The notes beneath the pieces are model-generated. The model was not told the origin of the DNA. It was given only the letters and a program-made list of their open reading frames with translations, and did not search any database. 24,000 bases of DNA, taken from Candidatus Bathyarchaeota archaeon (GTDB lineage: Archaea; Thermoproteota; Bathyarchaeia; Bathyarchaeales; UBA233). A program made the position numbers and the translations under genes. The DNA lies in contig QMXC01000001.1 of NCBI GenBank assembly GCA_003661945.1, positions 1,881 through 25,880 on the forward strand, written 5' to 3'. Of the stretch, positions 1 to 8,482 are shown piece by piece. The stretch's first letter is position 1. Every line of letters starts with the position of its first letter.

Positions 1-181
1 GGCTTTTCTTTTTCCATAGTTTTAGCCTTCATAAGCCTAACCTCGCTAATATTTTAGACTTCTTTGTATTTAAGACTAAGAATAACATGATTGCTGTTTC
101 GTGAACCACGGTCTAATGAAATAAGTGAAAGGTTAAGAAAGAAGGTGGTCAAGATTTAGAAAGGAATTGTTGCCTTGAACC

Positions 182-586
182 TTATTTTGTTGTGTAGCGA
201 CGGTAGTATTCCTGAGCTTTTGCTACAGCCTTTTCGGGATTTTTAAGAATCGTGTACTTTTCACCTGTAAGTTTTTGAGCTTTTCCGAAATATCGTTTTA
301 CTCTGGTCACGTCGCCTTTGTAGATGGCTAGTCCACCGGCTATTCTGTAGTATATTTTTGCTCTCAGTTTGTTCCCTTGTTTTTCGAACTCTTCGGCTTT
401 TTTAACAGCCTCATCTATTGAAATTTTTATTCTGGTGGGGTTGAGGAACATAACTTCAGAAAGGGCTTGATATAGTTCACCGTCGTTCCCGCAGATTGTT
501 TGAAGGGGGGAAAGGGATTTTTCCATAGTTTCTTCTGCAACTGTTTCTGTTTTTTTACGTTTGAACAGCTTATCTAACAGTCCCAT
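182..586 (-). CDS. hypothetical protein (134 aa), N-terminal amphipathic/basic segment plus helical TPR-like body
   Basis: Intact ORF with an ATG start at 586. I recognise no family. The N-terminus is MGLLDKLFKRKK, and the remainder is helical and repeat-like (KLRAKIYYRIAGGLAIYKGD). An A/T-rich TATA-like stretch at 631-646 lies upstream. Confidence 0.5.
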   Translation of the reverse strand: MGLLDKLFKRKKTETVAEETMEKSLSPLQTICGNDGELYQALSEVMFLNPTRIKISIDEAVKKAEEFEKQGNKLRAKIYYRIAGGLAIYKGDVTRVKRYFGKAQKLTGEKYTILKNPEKAVAKAQEYYRRYTTK

Positions 587-689
587 ACGTCTCCCTCAGA
601 GCATCCTTAATTAGAAAGCCATACTACTTAAAAATATATTTATAGGAAAGAAACTGTTACTACTAACATTCAACCATAAAGGTATCGGT

Positions 690-1304
690 ATGCCTTATCG
701 TTTCAACTTTGACCTTTCAAAGATTCCTCGAATGCTGTTTACCGAAATTACGCGTGTCGCTTACGATAGGAAAATCCACAAAAAGCTCTCTAAGAAGGCT
801 TTGGAGCTTATAGAGAAGTTTAGAATCCAAGAAGCAACAGGGCTAGAGATTTCGGACGCTGTTATGCTTCTCCAAGACTTTATAGAAATACAGGCTACAA
901 ATGTTCTTCAAAGAAGGAAGTTTCTGCAAACACGGAAAAGAGCTGTTTTGCTGCCGCACTGTTCGAGGAAATATATGGATAGCCGCTGTAAAGCAACGTT
1001 TGACCCGGAAATCCCATCATACTTCTGCAACCACTGCTCAGAAGACTGCTTAATAAATAAGGCAACAAGGCTTGCCCAGAGCAAGGGATACGACGTGTAT
1101 ATTTTACCCGGCGGCTCGTGCATTCCAAAACTTTTGAAAAGGCATCATTATGAAGGAATCGTGGGCGTGGCTTGTGGAGAGGAGATAAAACTGGGAGGAG
1201 ATGTGCTACGCCGTCTAGGTTTGGTCGCGCAGGCGGTTCCACTTATAAAGAATGGTTGCGCAAACACTGTTTTTAGCTTGGAAACTTTGGAAAAAATCTT
1301 GTAG
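690..1304 (+). CDS. DUF116-like cysteine-rich protein of unknown function
   Basis: 204-aa ORF. Its C-terminal half carries the pattern LLPHCSR..C......C..C...C....GG.C....GVAC....GC. I recognise this from memory as the DUF116 (PF01976) family and have not run a search. Confidence 0.65.
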   Translation: MPYRFNFDLSKIPRMLFTEITRVAYDRKIHKKLSKKALELIEKFRIQEATGLEISDAVMLLQDFIEIQATNVLQRRKFLQTRKRAVLLPHCSRKYMDSRCKATFDPEIPSYFCNHCSEDCLINKATRLAQSKGYDVYILPGGSCIPKLLKRHHYEGIVGVACGEEIKLGGDVLRRLGLVAQAVPLIKNGCANTVFSLETLEKIL

Positions 1305-1307
1305 TTG

Positions 1308-1709
1308 TTAATGTTTTTGGCACAGCTCAACGAGCACGCCGCTCATGCTTTTAGGATGTATAAACGCGACTTTTACTCCTTCGACCCCTAAACGTGGTTT
1401 TTCATCTACGAGTTTAACGCCTTTAGCCTTGAGGATTTCCAGTGTTTCTTCGAGGTTGTCCACTTGGATGGCGATGTGATGTAATCCTTCTCCTCTTTTT
1501 TCGAGGAAACGTGCAACGGTGCTTTCAGGGCTCATGGGGGATATCAGTTCAATTTTTGTTTCGCCGAGGCGGAATATTGCGACTTTGACTTTTTGAGGTG
1601 GGAAAGGTTCTATGCGCTCGGCTTTCAAGCCTAAAACCGTTTCGTATAATCGAACTGTTTCTTCTAGGTTTTTCACAGCTATGGCTACGTGGTCAAGCCC
1701 TGTTATCAA
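1308..1709 (-). CDS. mce: methylmalonyl-CoA epimerase (VOC/glyoxalase fold)
   Basis: 133 aa. Motifs LDHVAIAV, STVARFLEKRGEGLHHIA and FIHPKSMSGVLVELCQ closely parallel characterised methylmalonyl-CoA epimerases (STVAKWL, GLHH, FMHPKS..GVLIEL). The size is typical. Confidence 0.88.
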   Translation of the reverse strand: MITGLDHVAIAVKNLEETVRLYETVLGLKAERIEPFPPQKVKVAIFRLGETKIELISPMSPESTVARFLEKRGEGLHHIAIQVDNLEETLEILKAKGVKLVDEKPRLGVEGVKVAFIHPKSMSGVLVELCQKH

Positions 1710-1819
1710 GGTTTATCCCTTCGGTAGGGCTATTGAAGAGGAATAGGCATAAATACTATTCGTTGAGGTAGAGCAGTAAAAGTTATGAGATTTCAGCGTT
1801 TTATGATAAGAGAAGAGGA

Positions 1820-2743
1820 ATGTGGAGGGAAATGGTGGAAGGCGAAGTTGAGGATAAAAGGATAACGCTCGAAGAAGCCGTAAAGCTTGTCCCCGACGGA
1901 GCGCATCTTTTCTGGGGAGGCTTCGGTTTTCAACGTCCACCCATGGCTTTTGCCCACGAACTAGTGAGACAGGGGAAACGTAACCTAACGATTTACACTT
2001 GCGGCTCGGAAATAGACATCGACATACTTGCCGGAGCAAGAGTGGTTTCGAAGTTTGAGCTAGCTTTCTTCGCTATAGAAGGCATAGGTTTGGCGCCGAA
2101 CATTCAGCGAAGAATCCGCGACGGCTCGGTGCAGATAGAGGATTACACTAACCTGGCTATGGCGTTGCGGTTCCTAGGCGGCGCATTAGGCGTGCCTTTC
2201 ATGCCCATCAAAAGCATGTTGGGAACAGACCTCGTAACCAGAAGTAAGTTTAAGCCCAACAAAGTTAAGGTCATTGAGTGCCCTTTCACGGGCGAAAAAG
2301 TGGCGCTTGTGCCTTCGGTAAACCCGGACTTCAGCATAGTTCATGTTTCCCGCGTTGACAGAGAAGGAAACGCCCAAATAGACGGAATAAAAGGCGAAGA
2401 CAGCGAAGGAGCTAGAGCGGGTAAAAAAACCATAGTCCTAGCCGAGGAAATAGTAGACACCGAATTCATCCGTTCCAACCCTGACTTAACAGTTATTCCG
2501 AACATCTATGTGACGTATGTCGTAGAATGCCCTTGGGGCTCTTACCCAATGATGGTTTACAACTACTACGACTACGACATGGAGCACATACGCATGTATT
2601 ACCAACAATGCAAGACAGAAGAAGGATGGCAGAAATACTGCGAGGAATACATCACGGGAGTGGAAAACCATATGGAATTCCTGAAGAAGATAGGGTTGGA
2701 AAGGCTTTTGAAGCTCAAGGCTCGAAAGCCTCTGGGCTACTAG
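1820..2743 (+). CDS. family-I CoA-transferase, subunit A (glutaconate CoA-transferase GctA-like)
   Basis: 307 aa. It has an N-terminal ITLEEAVKLVPDGAHLFWGGFG glycine motif, is about the length of GctA, and is followed 13 nt later by the B subunit. The true start may be the in-frame ATG at 1832, because the TATA-like ttttatgata at 1799-1808 sits at leaderless distance from it. Confidence 0.82.
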   Translation: MWREMVEGEVEDKRITLEEAVKLVPDGAHLFWGGFGFQRPPMAFAHELVRQGKRNLTIYTCGSEIDIDILAGARVVSKFELAFFAIEGIGLAPNIQRRIRDGSVQIEDYTNLAMALRFLGGALGVPFMPIKSMLGTDLVTRSKFKPNKVKVIECPFTGEKVALVPSVNPDFSIVHVSRVDREGNAQIDGIKGEDSEGARAGKKTIVLAEEIVDTEFIRSNPDLTVIPNIYVTYVVECPWGSYPMMVYNYYDYDMEHIRMYYQQCKTEEGWQKYCEEYITGVENHMEFLKKIGLERLLKLKARKPLGY

Positions 2744-2756
2744 GGGGAGGGAAAGA

Positions 2757-3554
2757 ATGCAGAATTTGAAGGAACACGCGAAACCTGGTGAATATTCAAC
2801 TTTGGAGCTAATGGCGGTCTGTGGAGCTAGAGCAATAAAGAACGGTGAAGTGGTGTTCGTCGGCACTGGTTTGCCTATGGTTGCAGCCATGCTTGCTAAG
2901 AGGCTTCACGCGCCGAAGGCGAAAATCGTGTATGAAGCGGGATTCATCGATTCCAACGCTATAGACATAGCTTTATCCATCGCTGATTCACGGTTGGAAT
3001 ACCGTTCTTCAGCCGCGATAGGACTCATCGAAACGCTTGGAATACTGCTCCAAGGCGGACGGGTAGACGTAGGCTTCGTTGGAGCTGCCCAAATTGACGA
3101 ATACGGCAACATAAACACCACGTATATAGGGGATTTTGAAAGCCCGAAAGTGCGTCTGCCGGGAAGCGGCGGGGGAAACGACATTGTTTCGTCGGCAAAA
3201 AGAATAGTCATCGTAATGAAGCATGAGAAACGGAAAACCGTGAAAAAGCTTGATTACATGACCAGCCCGGGACATCTGGGCGGTCCCGACGGTAGGAAAA
3301 ATGCTGGGCTTAAAGGCGGTGGACCGGCGTTGGTGGTTACTAATCTTTGTCAGATGGATTTCGACGAGAAAACGAAGAGAATCCGGTTAAAAACGGTTCA
3401 TCCGGGAATCTCTGTGGAAACGGTTTTGGAAAACACGGGTTTCAACCTTATTGTTCCAGAGCATGTACCTGAAACGGAGCCGCCGACTTACGAGGAACTT
3501 GAGATTCTGCGAAGCGTTGACCCTACGGGAATATACATTCCGAGATCGACGTGA
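2757..3554 (+). CDS. family-I CoA-transferase, subunit B (GctB-like)
   Basis: 265 aa. It has VVFVGTGLPM, followed by a conserved-looking glutamate in IVYEAGF at about residue 60, where family-I beta subunits carry the catalytic Glu. SGGGND is also present. It is tightly linked to subunit A. Confidence 0.82.
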   Translation: MQNLKEHAKPGEYSTLELMAVCGARAIKNGEVVFVGTGLPMVAAMLAKRLHAPKAKIVYEAGFIDSNAIDIALSIADSRLEYRSSAAIGLIETLGILLQGGRVDVGFVGAAQIDEYGNINTTYIGDFESPKVRLPGSGGGNDIVSSAKRIVIVMKHEKRKTVKKLDYMTSPGHLGGPDGRKNAGLKGGGPALVVTNLCQMDFDEKTKRIRLKTVHPGISVETVLENTGFNLIVPEHVPETEPPTYEELEILRSVDPTGIYIPRST

Positions 3555-3579
3555 AGAAAACAGGGGAGATTAGGCGGGC

Positions 3580-4890
3580 TTAGCTTTCGGTTTTGGCTTT
3601 GGCTTTGAGCCTTGGCTTCTGACCGGTGACTTCCTTGACGATTTTCCAGAAGTCTTCGTCGGTTATTCCTTTCCGCATTTCTCTCATAAGTTTTCGAATC
3701 TGATAGAATATCATCTGCACTTCGCCTTTGTCACGGGTTTCCTGAAAGGCTTTGACTCGGCGCACTATCTCTTCTATCTGTCTCGGAGACGCTTCGATTC
3801 CGGCTTGGGCTAGGCGGTTTTCCACGAAGTGTTTTCCAGTTTGTCTTCCCAGATAGAAGGTTGTTTTCCGCCCTACAAGCTTTGGAGGTATGGGCTCGAA
3901 GGATAATGGGTGGACGAGCATACCGTGGACGTGTATGCCGGATTCGTGGGAGAAGGCGTTGTCGCCTACGAGCGGCTTGTGAATTGGAATAGGCACGGCG
4001 AAGTATTTTTCAGCCATCTGCGCCAAACGATAAAACTTTTTCGTGTTGATTCCAGTTTTGATGTTGTATAGGGCTTCCAGAGCCATGACAACTTCTTCCA
4101 GCGGGGCAACTCCGGCTCTTTCACCGAACCCGGCTACACATGTTTGCACATAGGATACTCCTTCTTCAACAGCAGCTAAAGTGTTAGCTGTGGCTAGTCC
4201 AAAGTCGTTGTGGCAGTGAACAGCTAGGGTAAAGGTTTGCCCCACGGCTTTCTCTAGGCTTTTCCGAAGGTTGGACACTAGATACTTCATAGATAAAGGT
4301 CGAAGGAAACCCACGGTGTCTGCTATGACCAGCCTTTCGGCTCCAGCGTCAATGGCTGCCTTGAAAATTTCCACCATTGAATCTAGCGGGGTTCGGGAGG
4401 CATCTTGGAGAACGAAGTCCACGGTTATCCCATGCGCTTTGGCGTACTCGATTGATTCCACGGTTTTCTCCAAGACTTGTTCACGGGTCATTTTAAGTCT
4501 ATAACGCATATGAAGCTCATTGAAAGCCGTAAAAACAGCGATTTCCTTTATTCCCGCCTCCATGCAAGCGTCTATATCTCGCTGAAGAATACGCGCTGGA
4601 GCTGCGAGGGTTGCCTGCTCAAAGTCTTGATTTGCTATCAGCCGGACAGTTCTTTTCTCTTCTTCAGACACCGCTGGAAACCCGACAGTTATGATGTGAA
4701 CCCCTATTTCGTCGAGAACCTTTGCAAGCTTAATTTTTTCCGTAGCCGTCAAAAAGCAGGTAGGCGTTTGAGTGCCTTCTCTTAAGGTTTCGTCCCATAT
4801 GAAAACTTTCTTGGGCAGTTTTCTCGGCAGATTTTTCCGAAACCTGTTGTAGTTAGTTATGAGCCCTTTCGATTCAAACCTTCGTAACAT
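3580..4890 (-). CDS. 2-isopropylmalate synthase / homocitrate synthase / citramalate synthase family enzyme (HMGL-like TIM barrel), specificity unresolved
   Basis: 436 aa. Motifs DETLREGTQTP, HCHNDFGLATANTLAAV, GFGERAGVAPLEEVVMAL and AFSHESGIHVHG are the signatures of the IPMS/HCS Claisen-condensing family. It is too short to carry the LeuA C-terminal regulatory domain. Confidence 0.85.
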   Translation of the reverse strand: MLRRFESKGLITNYNRFRKNLPRKLPKKVFIWDETLREGTQTPTCFLTATEKIKLAKVLDEIGVHIITVGFPAVSEEEKRTVRLIANQDFEQATLAAPARILQRDIDACMEAGIKEIAVFTAFNELHMRYRLKMTREQVLEKTVESIEYAKAHGITVDFVLQDASRTPLDSMVEIFKAAIDAGAERLVIADTVGFLRPLSMKYLVSNLRKSLEKAVGQTFTLAVHCHNDFGLATANTLAAVEEGVSYVQTCVAGFGERAGVAPLEEVVMALEALYNIKTGINTKKFYRLAQMAEKYFAVPIPIHKPLVGDNAFSHESGIHVHGMLVHPLSFEPIPPKLVGRKTTFYLGRQTGKHFVENRLAQAGIEASPRQIEEIVRRVKAFQETRDKGEVQMIFYQIRKLMREMRKGITDEDFWKIVKEVTGQKPRLKAKAKTES

Positions 4891-5002
4891 GCATACTCAA
4901 TCCTAAGGCGCACTGATGAACACATCATGCTATAAGTCAAAAGGCAATATAAAAATTTAAGAAATTCATAGAAAAAGAATGTTAGTAGAAGCCTTTTGGC
5001 TT

Positions 5003-5569
5003 TCAGCTTTCCACAGGGAAGACTGGAAACACGGTTTCGCCGTTGGCTTCGTTGATTATCTCTGCCAAGCCGAGATACATGGCGCTTCCTCCGCAGATAA
5101 TGCCTTCGTATCCGAGAATTGTGCCGAGTTCAGCTAAGCCACTAAGCTCCTTCGCGGTCAGCAGCCAAAAGAGCACAGCTAGGCTTAAGAAGACAAACTG
5201 CAGAACTCTGTTGGTTTTTAAAGTGCCGAAGAACATGATGAAAGTGAAAAGCCCCCACATGAAGAAGTAAGCTGCCATCGCTTCGGCGGAAGGCGTTTCG
5301 AACCAGCCTAAACTTGGAAACAGTTTAAGTATTACCAGTGAAAGCCAGAACAGCCCGTAAGAGGAGAAAGCCGCTGTGCCGAAAGTATTGCCTTTTCTGA
5401 ATTCAGCTACGCCAGCGATTATTTGAGCTAGCCCACCGTAGGCGATTCCCATAGCTACTATCATGCTGTCGAACCCGTAGAAGCCGGCGTTATGCAGATT
5501 TAATAGAATTGTAGTCATGCCAAAACCTAGGAGGCCCAAAGGCGCCGGATTCGCTAGTTTTTCACTCAA
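5003..5569 (-). CDS. GPR1/FUN34/YaaH (SatP/AceTr) family acetate/succinate channel
   Basis: 188 aa and polytopic. The family signature NPAPLGLLGFGMTT is at residues 7-20. The start must be TTG (5569..5567), because the only in-frame ATG lies after the signature. An AGGTG SD (5580..5576) sits 6 nt upstream. Confidence 0.88.
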   Translation of the reverse strand: MSEKLANPAPLGLLGFGMTTILLNLHNAGFYGFDSMIVAMGIAYGGLAQIIAGVAEFRKGNTFGTAAFSSYGLFWLSLVILKLFPSLGWFETPSAEAMAAYFFMWGLFTFIMFFGTLKTNRVLQFVFLSLAVLFWLLTAKELSGLAELGTILGYEGIICGGSAMYLGLAEIINEANGETVFPVFPVES

Positions 5570-5605
5570 GTTCTACACCTTCATTCGCTATTTGAATTTG
5601 AAGAC

Positions 5606-5633
5606 TCCTTTCAAGAAGAAAGGAGATATAAAG
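5606..5633 (-). promoter_or_regulatory. TATA-like box (5633..5627) abutting a perfect 8-5-8 inverted repeat CTCCTTTC-N5-GAAAGGAG (5606-5626), upstream of the acetate-channel gene
   Basis: The perfect reverse-complement arms were verified by eye. The position lies between the TATA box and the expected TSS of the gene starting at 5569, and 23 nt downstream of the ATPase stop. Confidence 0.45.
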
Positions 5634-5648
5634 GTTTCTGGCGGTGGG

Positions 5649-8354
5649 TTATTGCCATTTCCATATTTTTCTTCCGTAGAACACTTCGGGCAGTATTAGC
5701 AAGCCGGAGAGAGATACGGGGATCACCACAGCCCAGTCTTCAAGCGTTAGAGGAACCGTGTTGAATAAGCCGGTGTAGGGGATTATCACTGTTGCTAACG
5801 CGGAGAAGACCACGGATATAAGTAGGAATTTGTTGTTGGTGAAGCCTACTTTGAAGGCGTTCTTGGTTTCGGAGCGGCAGTTCCAAACTATGAAAAGCTC
5901 TTGAAACGTTGCTTGCGTGAAAGCTATCGTCCGGGCTTCTCCCAGTGAAGCTCCGAGAATGTAATGATAAATGTAGAATAGGAGCGCCGTGCCGAGAAAC
6001 TGCGTCACAAAAGTGGCTAGGATGGACGCTAATCTTCCATGCAGTATTCCCTCGTTAGGGTCACGTGGCGGACGTTTCATAACGTCTTCAGCTGGCGGGT
6101 CCATGCTCAACGCTACGGCGGGTCCTCCGTCGGTCACCAGGTTCAGCCACAGAATCATTCCAGCGGTTAACGGAAGCTCCAGCCCGAGGAGGGCGAAGGA
6201 GCCTATTACAACTAGTTCATCGAAGTTGCAGCGGAGGAGGAAGAAGGAGAACTTTCTTATGTTGTCGTAGATGTTTCTTCCACCCTCAACCGCGTTCACA
6301 ATAGTGGCGAAGTTGTCGTCCGCCAAAACCATGTCCGCCGCCTCTCGGGTTACGTCGGTGCCTGTTATGCCCATGGCTACGCCTATGTCAGCCTCTTTAA
6401 GCGCTGGAGCGTCGTTGACCCCGTCGCCCGTCATAGCCACTATGTGCCCCTTCTTTTTAAGCGCACGGACTATTCGAAGCTTATGTTCCGGGGAAACTCG
6501 GGCGTAAACTTTCACGTTTTCCACGATTTTTTCGAATTCCTCATCGTTTAGCTTGTCAAGTTCTGCTCCAGTTAGCGAAAGCTCTTTTTCAGCGTCTTTG
6601 AGTATGCCTATTTCTCGGGCGATGGCTACAGCCGTGAGCTTGTGGTCGCCTGTTATCATTACGCTTTTTATTCCGGCGCCTTCACATTTTTCAACAGCTT
6701 CCTTCACTTCCTCTCTCGGCGGGTCAATCATTCCAGCCAAACCAATGAAAACAAGTTTGTTTTCAAGGGTTTCCGCCTTGAACTTTGCTTCTGAGTATGG
6801 AAGCTCCTTGAAGGCTACGCCTAGAACTCGGAGGGCTTGACTCGCCATCTCCTCGTTTACCTTCAGGATTTTTTCTCTCTCTTTCTTTGTTAACCTTTTT
6901 ATTTCGCCGTTTTTGATTATGTGAGAGCATCTTTCCAGAACAACTTCGGGTGCTCCTTTAACGTAGGCAAAGGCTTTTCCGTCGCCTACCTTGTGAACGG
7001 TTGTCATTCGTTTTCTTTCCGAGGTGAAAGGCACCTCATGAATCCGCGGATACTTCTTTTCAAGCTCTTCCTTCCACAGTCCAGCCTTCCCTGCGGCTAC
7101 TATAAGAGCGCCTTCGGTAGTGTCGCCTATCACAGTTTCACCGTTGTAGCTGGCGTTGCTGCAAAGCGTGGCGGCTCCTAGCAGAAGGCGGAGGTCATCT
7201 TCCTTTTCTACATCAAGTTTTTTGCCGTTCAGCAGGAAATCTCCTTTAGGCGTGTAGCCGGTTCCGGTGACCTCCACAATCTTGTCGTCAACGAAAATTT
7301 TGCGAACCGTCATTTCGCCCTTCGTTAATGTTCCAGTTTTGTCAGAGCAGATAATCGTGGTGGCTCCTAAGGTCTCGGCTGAAGCCAGCCTTCGGATTAT
7401 CGCGTTTCTCTTAGCTAGTTCTCTGGCGCCTAGAGCAAGGGAAACCGTTACAACGGCTGGTAACCCTTCGGGCACAGCCGAAACAGCTAAGGCTACCGAG
7501 GTTTCGAAGGCGTCGAGAATATTTTTTAACGCTTCCCCGCTTTCAGCTACGCCTAGAACGAATATTTCGTAAAGTTCGAGGATAAAGATCACAGCGCACA
7601 CGGCGACTATTATTATTCCAAGAGACTTCGCGAATTTTGCCAACTTCCGCTTGAGAGGGGTTTCCTTTTCCTCAACGGTTTGAACCATTTCGGCGATTTT
7701 GCCGAACTCCGTGTTCATGCCAGTAGCCGTGACAACGGCTTTGCCTCTGCCATAAATGATATGAGTCCCCATGAAGACCATGTTCCGCCTATCCGAAACC
7801 GGGGTATCCTCGGGCAGAGGCTCCAAGCTTTTCTCTACGGGAGTGGATTCACCCGTTAAAACGGCTTCGTTAGCTTTTAGTTCAACAATCTCCAATAATC
7901 TGGCGTCTGCGGCGATGCGGTCGCCGGCTTCTAAAAGTAGAATGTCTCCGGGAACAACTTCTTTTGCGGGTATAACGGTTTCTTTCCCGTCGCGTAGCAC
8001 ACGGGCTTTTGGCGCTGTCAGTTTTTTCATGGCTTCTATGGCTTTTTCCGAACGATACTCTTGGACGAAGCCCACCACAGCGTTTAGAACAACTATAGCC
8101 GCTATGGTAGCGGCATCTACTGTTTCACCTATTGCAACGGAAATGGCTGTTGCGACTAGAAGCATTATTACGAAAACGTCTCGAAACTGATTGAAGAAAA
8201 TCTCCCAAGGCGTAACTCTTTCCCGTTCTTCAAGTTCGTTGTATCCGAACTTCTGCAGCCTTTGGACAGCTTCCCCACGGCTTAAACCTTTAGGCGAACT
8301 CCCTATCTTTTTGAGAACCTCTTCCTTTTCTAAGCTGTGCCAAGCAACAGGCAT
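5649..8354 (-). CDS. cation-transporting P-type ATPase, type IIA (SERCA/LMCA1-like, probable Ca2+ pump)
   Basis: 901 aa. Motifs present are LTGESTPV, CSDKTGTLT, KGAPE, MITGDH and TGDGVNDAPALK, plus the transport-site motifs PEGLPAVVTVSLALG (M4) and NLVTDGGPAVALS (M6). Confidence 0.92.
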   Translation of the reverse strand: MPVAWHSLEKEEVLKKIGSSPKGLSRGEAVQRLQKFGYNELEERERVTPWEIFFNQFRDVFVIMLLVATAISVAIGETVDAATIAAIVVLNAVVGFVQEYRSEKAIEAMKKLTAPKARVLRDGKETVIPAKEVVPGDILLLEAGDRIAADARLLEIVELKANEAVLTGESTPVEKSLEPLPEDTPVSDRRNMVFMGTHIIYGRGKAVVTATGMNTEFGKIAEMVQTVEEKETPLKRKLAKFAKSLGIIIVAVCAVIFILELYEIFVLGVAESGEALKNILDAFETSVALAVSAVPEGLPAVVTVSLALGARELAKRNAIIRRLASAETLGATTIICSDKTGTLTKGEMTVRKIFVDDKIVEVTGTGYTPKGDFLLNGKKLDVEKEDDLRLLLGAATLCSNASYNGETVIGDTTEGALIVAAGKAGLWKEELEKKYPRIHEVPFTSERKRMTTVHKVGDGKAFAYVKGAPEVVLERCSHIIKNGEIKRLTKKEREKILKVNEEMASQALRVLGVAFKELPYSEAKFKAETLENKLVFIGLAGMIDPPREEVKEAVEKCEGAGIKSVMITGDHKLTAVAIAREIGILKDAEKELSLTGAELDKLNDEEFEKIVENVKVYARVSPEHKLRIVRALKKKGHIVAMTGDGVNDAPALKEADIGVAMGITGTDVTREAADMVLADDNFATIVNAVEGGRNIYDNIRKFSFFLLRCNFDELVVIGSFALLGLELPLTAGMILWLNLVTDGGPAVALSMDPPAEDVMKRPPRDPNEGILHGRLASILATFVTQFLGTALLFYIYHYILGASLGEARTIAFTQATFQELFIVWNCRSETKNAFKVGFTNNKFLLISVVFSALATVIIPYTGLFNTVPLTLEDWAVVIPVSLSGLLILPEVFYGRKIWKWQ

Positions 8355-8473
8355 AGACCATCGCCCTCAACTGGAATCCACGTGTTGAACATGGAATCTT
8401 ATAGAGATAATGAAGATCGCTTTAAAATCCTTTTGGAAACTCGGCGGATAAACGGTTAGCGGAACAATTAACT

Positions 8474-8482
8474 TTATAAAAG
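8474..8482 (+). promoter_or_regulatory. TATA-like box for hppA
   Basis: tttataaaa lies about 40 nt upstream of ATG 8519, with GAGG 7 nt before the ATG. Confidence 0.45.

Noticed and set aside
1-17. An apparent minus-strand start (ATGGAAAAAGAAAAGCC) running off the left edge of the window.
   Set aside because: Only five codons are visible, which is too little to support a feature call.
2486-2890. A 134-aa minus-strand ORF spanning the junction of CoA-transferase subunits A and B.
   Set aside because: It lies antisense to two well-supported, motif-bearing genes. Its product contains runs such as VVVVVV and no recognisable domain.
5989-8388. A near-continuous chain of plus-strand ORFs (93, 78, 95, 86, 101, 139 and 65 aa) antisense to the P-type ATPase gene.
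   Set aside because: Their products are low-complexity and rich in Ser, Ala, Thr and Pro, with no motifs. The minus-strand frame encodes a complete ATPase with every motif. Long open antisense frames are an expected by-product of codon bias in a long gene.
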